A stretch of DNA of 64,000 nucleotides. Origin: a virus. Taxonomy: Duplodnaviria > Caudoviricetes. Within the stretch, counting starts at the first letter, position 1; the number at the start of each line of letters is the position of its first letter. The DNA lies in IMG/VR virus record IMGVR_UViG_3300027974_001530; one strand, 5' to 3'. The translations under genes and the position numbers were made by a program. Shown in pieces: positions 25,507-34,650 of this stretch. Below the pieces are notes generated by a model. The model made no database searches and was not told the DNA's origin. It saw only the letters and a list, made by a program, of their open reading frames with translations.

Positions 25507-25923
25507 TTATTTAAAAATTAAAATATATGTTAATGCTCCAACTATTGATCCTGAAACTATTTCAATAATTGTGTTTTTTGTTTTTATTTTTTTAATATCT
25601 TTTCTTAACTCTTTGTTTTCAGTATCTAATAGTGTTACCTTTTCTTCGGTATCTTTTATTATTATTTCACTATTTTTATCTTTTTGTTCCAAAAATTTAA
25701 CAACACCCTCTTCTTTAATTACTTTGGTTTCTAATTCTTTTATTTCTTTTTGATCTAAAATAGATTGTTTTTTTAATTTATCTAAGTCATTAAGATCTAA
25801 TAGTATTTGTTTCCCCACATTAACAGGAAAACATATTGTAGTGGTATCTTCTTTTTGTGGTTTAGTTTGACTAAAACCTATAAAAGACACCATAAAAAAT
25901 GTTAATAAAATAATTTTTTTCAT
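25507..25923 (-). CDS. Exported coiled-coil protein with a C-terminal TM anchor (spanin-like?)
   Basis: Signal peptide ...IGFS|Q, coiled coil, and C-terminal IIEIVSGSIVGALTYILIF. Confidence 0.6.
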   Translation of the reverse strand: MKKIILLTFFMVSFIGFSQTKPQKEDTTTICFPVNVGKQILLDLNDLDKLKKQSILDQKEIKELETKVIKEEGVVKFLEQKDKNSEIIIKDTEEKVTLLDTENKELRKDIKKIKTKNTIIEIVSGSIVGALTYILIFK

Positions 25924-25925
25924 AA

Positions 25926-26279
25926 TTAATATTTGTATCTTTGTTTGAACGAACTGTCAATTTCTTTTTTGTCCATTCCTTTTATTTGATCTTTCTTTTG
26001 TTCGTAATAATTATTTACGGTTGTTTTTTCACTTTTTATTTTTAATATATTTTCATCAATCTTTTCAATATCTTTTTTATATGATGTGATAGAATCATTT
26101 AATTGTAGTTGTAAGTTTTTAACTTTACTAATGTTTTGATCTAATTGATCTAACTTATAATTTAATAATTCAGACCTATCTTCAATTGGTTTAAATATCT
26201 TAATTAGAATTATTGTTAATAATAATGTTAATACTACTAATAAGATTTCTTTATAATATTTAACTAAAAAATTTTTCAT
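25926..26279 (-). CDS. N-terminal TM coiled-coil protein (i-spanin-like?)
   Basis: ILLVVLTLLLTIILIKIF followed by a heptad-rich region. Confidence 0.55.
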   Translation of the reverse strand: MKNFLVKYYKEILLVVLTLLLTIILIKIFKPIEDRSELLNYKLDQLDQNISKVKNLQLQLNDSITSYKKDIEKIDENILKIKSEKTTVNNYYEQKKDQIKGMDKKEIDSSFKQRYKY

Positions 26280-26851
26280 TTTTCTTTTGGTGTTTTTTTT
26301 CTGTTAGCGATAACTTTTGACCATTTTGCCTTAAACTTTTCGTAATAAGTTCTTAACTTAGTGGTAAATTCAACAAATTCATCATTAATGTTTATCATGT
26401 CTCCGTTTATGTAAACCCCATTTGTTTCACCAATAGAGAAGAAAAATTCAATATCTAAGTCTTGTATTTTACCTGACCATTCTACGTTATTTGGGTATAA
26501 ATTAAGAGTATTAAAATCAACTAATTCAGATACTTCACCAACAAACTCGTCCATTGATTCCTGAAATGCGTTTTTATCGTCTGTTGTTAATTGTAATTCT
26601 TTTTTATCTTTACCATTTATTGTCATAAGTCCTCCTGAAATCCTATAGGTTGTTTTCTTTTCAAACTTTCTATCTTCAGGAGTTTCTTCATTATCTTCGT
26701 CGTTGGGTTCTGCGGTTTCATATTCATCATCAGATTCCTTAATTATACCGTAATACTTATTAAGTATGTCTGTTGATTCCTTCACCATATCTTTGTTAAG
26801 AAGATTTCTTGATGCTGACAATAATTTTTTTATTTCTTCCTGTCTATTCAT
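26276..26851 (-). CDS. Hypothetical protein, putatively head-associated
   Basis: MVKE/IIKE motifs and an acidic linker. Confidence 0.7.
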   Translation of the reverse strand: MNRQEEIKKLLSASRNLLNKDMVKESTDILNKYYGIIKESDDEYETAEPNDEDNEETPEDRKFEKKTTYRISGGLMTINGKDKKELQLTTDDKNAFQESMDEFVGEVSELVDFNTLNLYPNNVEWSGKIQDLDIEFFFSIGETNGVYINGDMININDEFVEFTTKLRTYYEKFKAKWSKVIANRKKTPKEK

Positions 26852-27440
26852 TTTCTAATAATTTACTAAATAATTCAAAATTAAAGGCCGGACTTAAGTC
26901 TGTAATCTCACTTAAATAATTACTTTTTGTGACAATACCTTCAAAATTTTCAATACCATTTATTTTTGTGTTGTTTCCCAAAATTTTGACCTCAATATTG
27001 TTATCACCACATAATTTTAAACATAAGTCTGAAGTAGATTTCATCTGATCTTCAGTATATGGTTGCCAATAATAATAATCTCTCCATCTTCTTTGGAAAA
27101 CTTCACTATTATAAATATTGCCAATCCAGTTAATGTAACCAGTTTTTAATGGTTGTTTTTCTAACCAACCTAAATTTTCTAAACAAACAAAAATTGCGTT
27201 TTTATTTAAATCATTTTTATTAAAAAATTTTGAGTATTCTTGATCCTCCAATAACTTAACTATTTTACCTTCCCGATCAATAAAATAGTTAGGTATTTTA
27301 TTGTATGACTCGTTGTGCCTGTATTTTAGGGATGTAATATATTCTTCAGAATATCTGGAGGAATGTATTAATATGATTTGTTTTTTTAAATCTGATACAT
27401 TTTTAGATTTAAAGTTTCCATATTTTATTATGTCCACCAT
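26844..27440 (-). CDS. Amidase_2 (N-acetylmuramoyl-L-alanine amidase)-like protein with a degenerate active site
   Basis: QIILIHS, PNYFIDREGKI, NKNAIFVCLEN, PYTEDQ and TDLSP; the usual GH zinc ligand reads TK. Confidence 0.7.
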   Translation of the reverse strand: MVDIIKYGNFKSKNVSDLKKQIILIHSSRYSEEYITSLKYRHNESYNKIPNYFIDREGKIVKLLEDQEYSKFFNKNDLNKNAIFVCLENLGWLEKQPLKTGYINWIGNIYNSEVFQRRWRDYYYWQPYTEDQMKSTSDLCLKLCGDNNIEVKILGNNTKINGIENFEGIVTKSNYLSEITDLSPAFNFELFSKLLENE

Positions 27441-28573
27441 TATTTTTTATAAATCAATCTTTTCTTATTGTTTTCTTCAACATAGTCGGTTTCCCCCAAA
27501 TCTTCAATTTCATATGGGGTAAATACCAATGCGGTAGGTTCATCAATCTTTTCTTCTTCTGTTTGTTCAAGAGGTAATAAACCTTTTTTTCTTAATTTTT
27601 TAACCCTTTCCCAAACCTTTTTTACTTCGTCGGTACTTAGTCGGTACTTAGTCGGTACTTCGTCGGTAACTTGAGGGGTATGATGAGTTAAATAACTTTC
27701 AGGAATCTCAACCTCATCATGTATGGTAACTTGGGGGGTAACTTGGGGGGTAACTTGGGGGGTAAGTTCGTCTTTTCTTTTTCCTTTAAACGCTTGGTTT
27801 GTTGCAATAACTAACGTGATTGCCAATGGATCAAACACAAATATCAGAATTAAAATAAAAAGATTTGCCGTTCTTTTAATATCCCAATCAAGTAGTTCGC
27901 TAACATACTTTAGAGCTCCCAATTCACTTCCTGAAATTTCTTTTGATTCCATGTTTAAAATATCAATATCAAGTTGTGTGATACTATCATTCATATTATC
28001 AATTCTTTTTGCTATAGTGTCCCTTCTAACTTGTGCTTGCGATAATTGAGATTCAAATAATTTTCTATTACCGTCGTTGGCTCTTGTAATTACCTGTCCT
28101 GTTCTTCTATCTATAGATTGTGTTGTTGTGTTATTAGATACCCCATCTCTTAACTTAGTAATGTCTCCATCTAAAGTGTTTTTTTCTTTGGTTAACTCAA
28201 CTTTAACTTCATCAAATCGTTTCTTTTTGACTTCAATATTTTTAACTTGTTTTTCATTTATTTCAAGTTTTGCGATATTACTCTGAAAACCGGTACTTAA
28301 CAGTCCGTATATCCCTAAAGAGGTAATTATAGATAGTACTATAAGAGCAATTGATAGGTAAATCTTAAGAATACCATAGGTTTCTTTCCATTTATCGTGT
28401 AAGTATGTTGCAATTGCAATCTTGGATATTTCAAGAAATGATCCCATAATGATAACGGGTAATGCTACACCAACAAATACTATTGATAAACCAACTACTG
28501 AATAATATGCCGCAGTTCCAGATAAACCCAACGCACAAAATAACATAAACCAAGGTAAAAATTTTTCTTTCAT
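27440..28573 (-). CDS. Multi-TM membrane protein with an extracytoplasmic coiled coil and a repeat-containing tail
   Basis: Three N-terminal TMs (AAYYSVVGL, GSFLEISK), a coiled coil, a fourth TM (IFVFDPLAI), and TPQV repeats. Confidence 0.75.
   Translation of the reverse strand: MKEKFLPWFMLFCALGLSGTAAYYSVVGLSIVFVGVALPVIIMGSFLEISKIAIATYLHDKWKETYGILKIYLSIALIVLSIITSLGIYGLLSTGFQSNIAKLEINEKQVKNIEVKKKRFDEVKVELTKEKNTLDGDITKLRDGVSNNTTTQSIDRRTGQVITRANDGNRKLFESQLSQAQVRRDTIAKRIDNMNDSITQLDIDILNMESKEISGSELGALKYVSELLDWDIKRTANLFILILIFVFDPLAITLVIATNQAFKGKRKDELTPQVTPQVTPQVTIHDEVEIPESYLTHHTPQVTDEVPTKYRLSTDEVKKVWERVKKLRKKGLLPLEQTEEEKIDEPTALVFTPYEIEDLGETDYVEENNKKRLIYKK
27624..27667. repeat. Four tandem 11-bp units inside a CDS
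   Basis: acttcgtcggt, acttagtcggt, acttagtcggt, acttcgtcggt. Confidence 0.9.
27726..27765. repeat. Three tandem 12-bp units encoding TPQV
   Basis: (gtaacttggggg)x3 followed by gtaa. Confidence 0.9.
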
Positions 28574-28611
28574 ATTAATAAACTATACTTAATAAATATA
28601 AAAGATAAAGA

Positions 28612-28638
28612 AAAACCCCCATTTTAGGTGGGGGTTTA
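28612..28638. terminator. Intrinsic terminator
   Basis: AAAACCCCCA/TGGGGGTTTT inverted repeat. Confidence 0.8.
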
Positions 28639-28663
28639 TATATGATAGGGTTGTTATTTTAAA

Positions 28664-29110
28664 TTAACGATCTTCAATTGTAAAACCAGAAGAATCAACT
28701 TCAGGACCATTGTTAATTAACATTTCAACTTTGATCTCACCATCAACAAATCTTGACACAGAACAGAATTCAATTTCAACATCCTCATTAAGATTTAATT
28801 TAAATTCATTATATTGTTCCTCAGTTTCAAAAGAACCACACTGAGTTGCTGGTGATTGATAAACTTTTAACCGGTAAGAACCGTATGGATTTTTTAATTC
28901 ATTAGTTTCCCATATTAGATTATCAAAAGTGTAATTTTCAGTACCATCCTCGGTAAGAAATTTACCATCCTCACCTCTTTTATAAAATCCAGATCTATGA
29001 TATCCACAATTGTTACAATTTAAATATTCTTCTCCTGTTTTGTAATAGAAATCACTAAAGGCTTCTTGTTTACAATTTGGACATTCAATAAAGTCAATTA
29101 CACTTCCCAT
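28664..29110 (-). CDS. Zn-ribbon hypothetical protein
   Basis: CPNC...CNNC. Confidence 0.8.
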   Translation of the reverse strand: MGSVIDFIECPNCKQEAFSDFYYKTGEEYLNCNNCGYHRSGFYKRGEDGKFLTEDGTENYTFDNLIWETNELKNPYGSYRLKVYQSPATQCGSFETEEQYNEFKLNLNEDVEIEFCSVSRFVDGEIKVEMLINNGPEVDSSGFTIEDR

Positions 29111-29130
29111 TTTAATTTATATATTTTTTA

Positions 29131-29313
29131 TTAATTTTTATTTTTCCATTCTTTCCAAGTATCAAAGTCCTTGAGTTTCTCCATCTCTTCTTCCATCCAT
29201 TTAGCTCCTGATATAAACATATCTTTCCAATAACCTGCATCTGATGGTCGATGATAAGGGTATTTCCTATCTAATACTTTAGTAGCTGCTTCTTCAACTG
29301 TTTCTTTTTCCAT
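29131..29313 (-). CDS. Hypothetical protein
   Basis: ETVEEAA...FISGAKW pattern, typical of small phage helical proteins. Confidence 0.7.
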   Translation of the reverse strand: MEKETVEEAATKVLDRKYPYHRPSDAGYWKDMFISGAKWMEEEMEKLKDFDTWKEWKNKN

Positions 29314-29324
29314 ATCACTTATTT

Positions 29325-29660
29325 TTATTTTGTTTCAACTACGTATTTTCTTCCTTCTTTTTCTAATTTCCCGACAAAATCATTTTCGTGATTAATACCA
29401 CCATAAAAACCACTTCCGTCCGACCAAACACCTTTTTTATTATTTTTATAAACCATTTCACCATCGAATGTAATATATTCAGGTTGGTCATTTTTAGTCA
29501 AAGCGTAAGCTCTTGTCATTTCTCTCTTCTCAGATGGTGAGTAATTACCTGACCAATCTTGACGACACATAAATGTTGCTTGTCCAACAACAACCTTCTC
29601 TCCGTTGAAGGTTGCGTTCTTATCAAATTTTTTCTTGTAGGTATAAATGTAGGTTCCCAT
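29325..29660 (-). CDS. Hypothetical early protein (start revised to MGTYIY)
   Basis: ATG lies 4 nt after the upstream stop codon. Confidence 0.75.
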   Translation of the reverse strand: MGTYIYTYKKKFDKNATFNGEKVVVGQATFMCRQDWSGNYSPSEKREMTRAYALTKNDQPEYITFDGEMVYKNNKKGVWSDGSGFYGGINHENDFVGKLEKEGRKYVVETK

Positions 29661-29664
29661 AATT

Positions 29665-30111
29665 TTAATTTTGTTTAAATGATTTGTCTGCCCAAGTTTT
29701 TGCTCCCATTCTACCCCACAATTCCATGTCACACATATCAGGGAATGACTCTCTCATAGTTCCTACGGTTAACACGTCCAAGAACCCTTTGTCGATTGAG
29801 TACCATTTACCTCCTTTGACAGTGTAAACGTTCATCCAGTATCCGTACTCATTTTTTGCTTGGATATTAACCAATGAGTTTTTTTGGTATCCACGGATTA
29901 CTGATTCTGCGGTTCCTTTAGTGTCGTGGATATTGATAAACCCTGCCTGACATTTATTTGCGATACGGAATTCGTATTCTTTGTTCACATCTTTAAGGTG
30001 GTTAGATACCCCAACGGTAATTCTTTTACCTTTGATGTTTGTGTTAAAAGATCCGTAGAATACATCTCCGGACATTATCCCTTCAGTTACTTTGATGATG
30101 TCAGTTGTCAT
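29665..30111 (-). CDS. Hypothetical early protein (start revised to MTTDII)
   Basis: Downstream of a TACCTTTG promoter. Confidence 0.75.
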   Translation of the reverse strand: MTTDIIKVTEGIMSGDVFYGSFNTNIKGKRITVGVSNHLKDVNKEYEFRIANKCQAGFINIHDTKGTAESVIRGYQKNSLVNIQAKNEYGYWMNVYTVKGGKWYSIDKGFLDVLTVGTMRESFPDMCDMELWGRMGAKTWADKSFKQN

Positions 30112-30134
30112 AATATTTCGTTTTAGATACATTA

Positions 30135-30165
30135 CAAAGGTAATGATTTTTTTTAAACCACCAAA
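30135..30165 (-). promoter_or_regulatory. Bacteroidota housekeeping promoter
   Basis: TTTG (30165-30162), 19-nt spacer, TACCTTTG (30142-30135). Confidence 0.75.
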
Positions 30166-30185
30166 CAAAAAGTATGAAAAATTAT

Positions 30186-30986
30186 TTAAATATATTCAAA
30201 TAATACAGAACCACCATTTCTAAGTCTTCGTAACGCTTTTTCTTTAATCTGTCTAACTCTTTCTTTTGTTAGGCCAAAATCAGTCCCAATGTCCTCAAGG
30301 GTTCTTGGTGTTCCTGTTAACCCAAAATAATCTCCAACAATTATTTTTTCACGATCGTCTAAAACATTTAACAAAGACATTAATTTATCTTTTAATAAAT
30401 CTTTAGTATTAAATGCTGAATCAGGTTGTTCGGCATCTGGGTTTGAGATCATGTCAATTAAAGTATCTCCTTCATCATTAATTTTCATATCTAAATCAAT
30501 TATTGATGGTAAAGATGAGAACTTATCTTCAAGTTTTTTACCTGTTTGTTCTAACTCTTTCTTTGCTCTTTGTAGATCCTGAACAACATTAACTGGTAGT
30601 CTTATTGTTCTTGCGTTATCATTTAATGATTGGATTATAGATTGTTTAACCCACCACACTGCGTATGAGATAAATCTTAAGTCCTTATTCCAATCAAAGT
30701 GTTTAATTGCCTTCATAAGACCTAAATTACCTTCAGCGATTAAATCTGAAAGATCCAATCCTTGGTTTTGGTATTGTTTTGCGACTGTTATCACAAAACG
30801 TAAGTTACCTCTAAGTAATTCTTCCTCAATTTGTTTTCTTTGGTCCACACTTATTTCATCTGACTTCATAAGTTTTGCCATTTCCTTTTCTCTATCGGGA
30901 GTCATAACTTTTATTTTCCTAATGTCTTTAAGGTAGTGTTGAATTTCTTCTTGGTTTATTGGTGCCCCAACATTTTTGTCTTTCAT
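30186..30986 (-). CDS. Sigma-70 family RNA polymerase sigma factor, Bacteroidota primary-sigma type (start revised to MKDKNV)
   Basis: NLRFVITVAKQYQNQGLDLSDLIAEGNLGL, RFISYAVWW, RTIRLPVN and TLEDIG..FGLTKERVRQIKEKALRRLR; region 1.1 absent. Confidence 0.95.
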   Translation of the reverse strand: MKDKNVGAPINQEEIQHYLKDIRKIKVMTPDREKEMAKLMKSDEISVDQRKQIEEELLRGNLRFVITVAKQYQNQGLDLSDLIAEGNLGLMKAIKHFDWNKDLRFISYAVWWVKQSIIQSLNDNARTIRLPVNVVQDLQRAKKELEQTGKKLEDKFSSLPSIIDLDMKINDEGDTLIDMISNPDAEQPDSAFNTKDLLKDKLMSLLNVLDDREKIIVGDYFGLTGTPRTLEDIGTDFGLTKERVRQIKEKALRRLRNGGSVLFEYI

Positions 30987-30987
30987 A

Positions 30988-31518
30988 TTATACGTTTTTA
31001 GAATATTCGTCAAGTTTATTTTTTTCTGATTTAGTTAAAGAGTTAATACCATTATCTGTTATTTTATCTAATATCTCATCAACTGTAAGGATACAAATAT
31101 CTTCATTTTTTTCCTTATAATCAACAGATGATAGATAATTTTTTATAAACTCCTCTTCGTTGAGTTCAATTTTAGGTAATTCAAAGATACCTTTATTACT
31201 TTTTCTTTTTTTCTTATTTGGATAAAGATCCATTAGGTGGTCTAAATTTTGTTTCTCAATATTACTTGCAAAATTCCTTCCTTTTGGGATTAAGAAGTAC
31301 GTAAAGTCATCAAAGTCTTTACTAACTAATTCCAAATAGATATTCAATTCAGGAAATGACATTTCTGTTTCAAAATGGTAAACCGCGTTTGTATCACCAA
31401 AAACAAATTTAATTTCGTCTGATTTAACAATTGGACTTAATTCTTGAGCAATTCCTCCAACAAATTCGGTTTTGTTTTTTTTATCGTCACAACGGTAGAT
31501 AAATAAGATATATTTCAT
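30988..31518 (-). CDS. Hypothetical protein with a C-terminal DUF6576-like helical motif (start revised to MKYILF)
   Basis: VDEILDKITDNGINSLTKSEKNKL; TATATTTG at 31574-31567. Confidence 0.65.
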   Translation of the reverse strand: MKYILFIYRCDDKKNKTEFVGGIAQELSPIVKSDEIKFVFGDTNAVYHFETEMSFPELNIYLELVSKDFDDFTYFLIPKGRNFASNIEKQNLDHLMDLYPNKKKRKSNKGIFELPKIELNEEEFIKNYLSSVDYKEKNEDICILTVDEILDKITDNGINSLTKSEKNKLDEYSKNV

Positions 31519-31623
31519 TTTTATAATTTTCGTAAGAATTAAAACAACTATACTGTTATTGTTGTACAAATATAGTTGTTTTTTTTTGATTTACAGAATT
31601 TTTAATGAATAAATATTTTTTAA

Positions 31624-33999
31624 TTATTTTGATAGTCTTGAGACATTATTTTGTTTGGATATCTTAACCGTTGAGTCTGCCCATTGATTAACCAAAGGAT
31701 TGTGCGAAATAAGGAATATCTTATCAAAATATGTCTTAATTTTGATGAAAAATTCGGAAACCATTTCTAAATTATCGTTAGATATTTTACCAAATACCTC
31801 ATCAAAGACAACAACATTTGGTTTTGGTAACGAACAAACCTTACTTAATACCGATCTTAACGCTAACGAAGCAATTGTTTTTTCGTAACCTGAACCTGAA
31901 ACCATCAATTTTTCAATACCAGTTCCATTATCAACCATAATAAATTCAACCTCACTTTTATCATTAATTCTCACCTCCAATTTAAAATATGAACTATCTT
32001 CCATTAATCTTTGTAATTCAGAATTAATTAGTGGCATCATAGTTTTCATTATTGATTTTGATACCCCATTTTTTCCGTAAGATTCAAGATACATTTTATA
32101 AATTTTATCTTTTTCGTCCTCTTCTTTTATTTTAACGATTAATTTTTTATTATGTTCTATTTTTTCTTCATTTGTTTTTATATTGTATTCACAGTTAGAT
32201 ATTTCAGTGTTCTTATTCTTTTTTAATCTATCTAATTCCTCTAAACGAAGATCTGCCTTTATTAATTGACCGTCTATTTGGGTATTTAATTTGATCTTGT
32301 CTTGTACTTCGGACCATCTTTTTAATTTATCATTTAAACCATTAATCTTAAGGTCACAACTTTCCACACTTAAATCATATTTTTCTTTGATTAATTTGTT
32401 TTTTTCATACTCATCAAATTCTTTTTTAAGTCTAACAAATGTTTGTTCTGTGCCGGTTAAAACCTGCATTATGGTATAAATTTGGTCTTTTTGCATGATA
32501 TAACCATCAAGTTCGGCAATTTTAGATTGTGTGATTGAGGCCATCATTAAGTCAATTCCACAGTGTTCACATTTGATTCCACCGTCAACAGAACTCTTTA
32601 ATTCTTCAATTGATTTAATCTTACTTTCAACCTCAACCATTTGTTTAAATGATTTGTTGTATTCATCTTTAACTTTATCGTGATCATCCTCATAATAAAA
32701 CGAAGATGGTTCAATAACTTTAAGTTCGGTTAACTTAACTAAGAATTCTTCTTTTTCTTTTTTTAACTTAACAACCTCGTCTTGAGTTTTATCAGGGTTC
32801 ATCAGAGCAATTTCTTTATCAATGTCGTTATGTTTTTTCTTTAACATATCGTCACGATATTCTTTACCTTTGGATATCTTATCTTCGATGTCCTCTAGTT
32901 CTTTTTTGTTTTCCTCAATCTGATCATTGTATTCAACAATTTTAGTCGCATAAGTTTCTATATCCGTTTTTAATTGTTCAGAACTATACAAATTTGATAG
33001 TTTTGATTTTCCAAACGAACTATATATTTCTTTCGCGACCTCCTCTTTCCTTTTTAAAAACTCAAGACCCATAAATCTTGATAGGACTTGCCCTCTTGCA
33101 GTTGGTTTTGACTCCAACAACTCTTCAAGATTTGTCGAAGTTGTAAGTATTGTCATTAAAAAATCTTCTTTTGTTCCAATAGAATTTTTAATGAAAGCTT
33201 CGGTTTCTCTTCTTTGTTCACCAGTAAAATTTTGTAAACTACCGTCGGAAAGTTTTTTAAAGAAATCTAATTCTGTTTTTACATTCCAATCACCTTTTTT
33301 TGATTTCTTTCTTTCAATTTTTCTTAAGATTATATAATCTTCACCATCAATTGTGATTTCACCTTTAACAACTACCGAGTCTTTATCGGTAAATCGATTA
33401 AAGATTTCTTCGGCCTTGGTTGTTTTTGTTGTCTCATTAAAGAATAAGAACATTAATAAGTCCACAGACAAAACTGTTTTCCCTCCAAAATTTGGTGGGT
33501 CGGACTCAACAACAATTAATCCATTTAAAGTATCAAAATTTAATTTTTGATTTTCACCATAGGATAGAAAATTTGAGAACTCAATATTTCTAATGTACCA
33601 TTTTTTAAATTGGGTTACATCAACGTCACCTTCTTCCATTTTATGTTCTACAGTTCTGTTTAGATCTAATATTTGGTCTAAGTTTTTATCATAACCTTTA
33701 GATTGTAAAAAATTTTTCAAAAGATCTATTTGATAATTACTATCAGTGATATTAACAGACACATCAACTGTTTGCATTGTTTCTTGATCTACGTTTTTAA
33801 CTTTTGTTAATACGTTGACGTTTGTTGTATTATATTTTTTTTGAAAATAGTATTTAACACTTTTAATTTTATCTTGAGTAAAATTTTCTTGTAAGTCCTC
33901 CCAAACAACTTGTATTGTTGGGTTTTCAAACTTAGTAAAGTCTAAATCTTTTATCATAATTTTGTAGTTGTATATTTTTGGTGGATTAAAGAGATCCAT
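31624..33999 (-). CDS. sbcC: SbcC/Rad50/T4 gp46-like recombination ATPase with an N-terminal extension
   Basis: Walker A NFGGKT, zinc hook CEHC, signature SGSGYE, Walker B VVFDEVFG and H-loop ISH. The start may instead be 33957. Confidence 0.92.
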   Translation of the reverse strand: MDLFNPPKIYNYKIMIKDLDFTKFENPTIQVVWEDLQENFTQDKIKSVKYYFQKKYNTTNVNVLTKVKNVDQETMQTVDVSVNITDSNYQIDLLKNFLQSKGYDKNLDQILDLNRTVEHKMEEGDVDVTQFKKWYIRNIEFSNFLSYGENQKLNFDTLNGLIVVESDPPNFGGKTVLSVDLLMFLFFNETTKTTKAEEIFNRFTDKDSVVVKGEITIDGEDYIILRKIERKKSKKGDWNVKTELDFFKKLSDGSLQNFTGEQRRETEAFIKNSIGTKEDFLMTILTTSTNLEELLESKPTARGQVLSRFMGLEFLKRKEEVAKEIYSSFGKSKLSNLYSSEQLKTDIETYATKIVEYNDQIEENKKELEDIEDKISKGKEYRDDMLKKKHNDIDKEIALMNPDKTQDEVVKLKKEKEEFLVKLTELKVIEPSSFYYEDDHDKVKDEYNKSFKQMVEVESKIKSIEELKSSVDGGIKCEHCGIDLMMASITQSKIAELDGYIMQKDQIYTIMQVLTGTEQTFVRLKKEFDEYEKNKLIKEKYDLSVESCDLKINGLNDKLKRWSEVQDKIKLNTQIDGQLIKADLRLEELDRLKKNKNTEISNCEYNIKTNEEKIEHNKKLIVKIKEEDEKDKIYKMYLESYGKNGVSKSIMKTMMPLINSELQRLMEDSSYFKLEVRINDKSEVEFIMVDNGTGIEKLMVSGSGYEKTIASLALRSVLSKVCSLPKPNVVVFDEVFGKISNDNLEMVSEFFIKIKTYFDKIFLISHNPLVNQWADSTVKISKQNNVSRLSK

Positions 34000-34002
34000 T
34001 TA

Positions 34003-34236
34003 TTATTTGTCTTCTTCCTTATTTTCTTCATTAATTTCAGGAGTATCTTGATCAACAACATTAAAAGTTAATGGTTGTCCCGATAAACTAACGTCAACCC
34101 CATTATTTTCTTGTAATCTTTCTATTTGTTGTTTCATTAAGATATCAAATGCTTTTTGCATTCCTGATTTTTGTTCTTTTACTTTTGCATTTCTTTTTGC
34201 AACCTTTGCTCTGTGTTCTTTATCTTTTTTTCCCAT
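34003..34236 (-). CDS. Hypothetical protein
   Basis: 77-aa ORF with a basic N-terminus. Confidence 0.75.
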   Translation of the reverse strand: MGKKDKEHRAKVAKRNAKVKEQKSGMQKAFDILMKQQIERLQENNGVDVSLSGQPLTFNVVDQDTPEINEENKEEDK

Positions 34237-34248
34237 TTTATTTATTAT

Positions 34249-34650
34249 TTAATCGTTTAAAATTTGTTCTTCAGTTTCTGTTGTTTCTTCAACATATTGA
34301 TTTTGTTTCATTGGTCTGTTTTCTTCAAACCATTCAATTATAGAATTTATTGCCCACACAAAACCTGCGGATAATATCCCATCAAAAAATACCGATAAAT
34401 ATTTATTAAGTCCAATGAAACAAGTGTTCGGAGAAAAGTACGCCAAGGACAGGAAGAACCCTACCCAAGTAGATGTACATAAAACACAAGATATTAATTC
34501 AGATAAAAATTTACCAAAGTGATTAAAGGGAGCATATTTATTATTTCCCCATTTATGGATTGAGTTTCTTAATCCGTTAAATATTGACCCATAAACTAAA
34601 ATGTTTGTCATACCATAGGCAACCATTGCCCAAATTACTAATTCTATCAT
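34249..34650 (-). CDS. Membrane protein (DUF1360-like?)
   Basis: LISCVLCTSTWVG motif and TM segments. Confidence 0.6.
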   Translation of the reverse strand: MIELVIWAMVAYGMTNILVYGSIFNGLRNSIHKWGNNKYAPFNHFGKFLSELISCVLCTSTWVGFFLSLAYFSPNTCFIGLNKYLSVFFDGILSAGFVWAINSIIEWFEENRPMKQNQYVEETTETEEQILND

